A stretch of 64,000 nt of DNA from NCBI GenBank assembly GCA_017654855.1, contig CM030335.1, positions 62,001 to 126,000 on the forward strand, given 5' to 3'. How positions within the stretch are numbered: position 1 is the first letter of the stretch; each line of letters begins with the position of its first letter. Of the stretch, positions 63,141 to 64,000 are shown in pieces. The notes below the pieces were generated by a model. It did not search any database and was not told the DNA's origin. It saw only the letters and a list, made by a program, of their open reading frames with translations. Made by a program: the position numbers and the translations under genes. Source of the DNA: Podospora anserina. Lineage: Eukaryota.

Positions 63141-64000
63141 TTGACAATTTCCTTTTTGTCCTGACCATCTTCTCTTGTAACGCAGCCTCCACTCTGTCTC
63201 CCCAGGCCCACCCCATCTTTCGATCAAGCACACAGACAGGGACACCACGCCACACCGCACCAAAGTCAATTCCACTTCCCCTGATTACAACCTGGAAGTG
63301 CTCCAACTTTTTAAGCGGATGCAGGCAGCTACCTAGAACCTACATGTACAAGGTGTCAACCTAATATCAAACAGAAACGAATTTGCAGCAGAGATCGATA
63401 ACCGGAGATAAAAAAAAACCCAAGAGGAGTCCATTTTTCCACAAAGCCCCTATCTACATCCGGAAACTCCTTCGCGAGGTATCTGACCATAGAAATGACA
63501 AAATGATAACAGAGGTGAACCTGTTTTCCCAGACAAATATTTCCAACTTTCAAAGGATAGACAAGAAGTTGTGGTTGTTGATGATGATGTCCCTTCCTGT
63601 CCATCCCCATAAATAACAGAGCAGGGTCTATATACACAAATGTCCCTCCCCACCCAAACACAGCAAAGGCATGACCAACAGCCCACCCATACACGCGCGC
63701 TGCCTCGCGACGACATTGGAGCTAAAATGAAAGGGGAAGGTTTTCCCAGATTGACGACGAGGTGCGACGCGACACTAAAAAGATTTACGGCCCATAGCAA
63801 AACGCAAAGAAATACCGGATATGCAAACAGATTCAAGGGAATATCGAGAAACAAGGAAATCACGCGGGTAACCGCTCTAGTCGTACCCGGCGCCACGTTG
63901 CCATTGACTGCCAAAACCGTTAGTAAGACCGTTAAGCATCATCCGATATTGAGCTAGAGACTCACTTTCCACCTTGCGGCTTTGGTGGTGACGAAGTCTT

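Noticed and set aside
1-64000. CRISPR arrays, intact transposons, rRNA, prokaryotic operons
   Set aside because: No spaced direct-repeat array, transposase/RT ORF or rRNA seen. The RNase H is the cellular type with hybrid-binding domains, and the sequence is intron-containing fungal DNA.
63940-64000. Possible 3' end of a minus-strand gene at the window edge
   Set aside because: Too little sequence to call.

Overview
Eukaryotic DNA from a filamentous ascomycete. Short GT-AG introns with CTAAC/CTGAC branch sites and the gene content suggest a Sordariomycete, probably Sordariales (Podospora-like); this is an inference. The window holds about 26 intron-containing protein genes and one tRNA-Ser(AGA). 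Left to right: the edge of a probable secondary-metabolite cluster (divergent FAD monooxygenase and O-methyltransferase), a secreted beta-lactamase-family protein, a secreted collagen-like protein, a choice-of-anchor-B-like protein, a housekeeping block (AVT3-like transporter, ARG4, proline iminopeptidase, ISU1, UBP14, MAD2), an orphan frame-mosaic locus, a Mid2-like membrane protein, a hydrolase/small secreted protein/FAD oxidase trio, RNase H1, an SDR, a 3-repeat Myb factor, a cellodextrin/lactose-permease-type MFS, a SnoaL-like protein, an HSL esterase, a carotenoid oxygenase and a PTH11-like receptor. TpA-rich (RIP-like) relics are interspersed. The best leads are: (1) a ~1.8 kb ORF-poor intergenic stretch (19.45-21.3 kb) dense in nested helices plus a possible pseudoknot, a candidate long structured ncRNA; (2) a minicollagen-like secreted protein; (3) a possible CUG-initiated mitochondrial RNase H1 isoform with an overlapping uORF. 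Exon boundaries were read by eye and no databases were searched.
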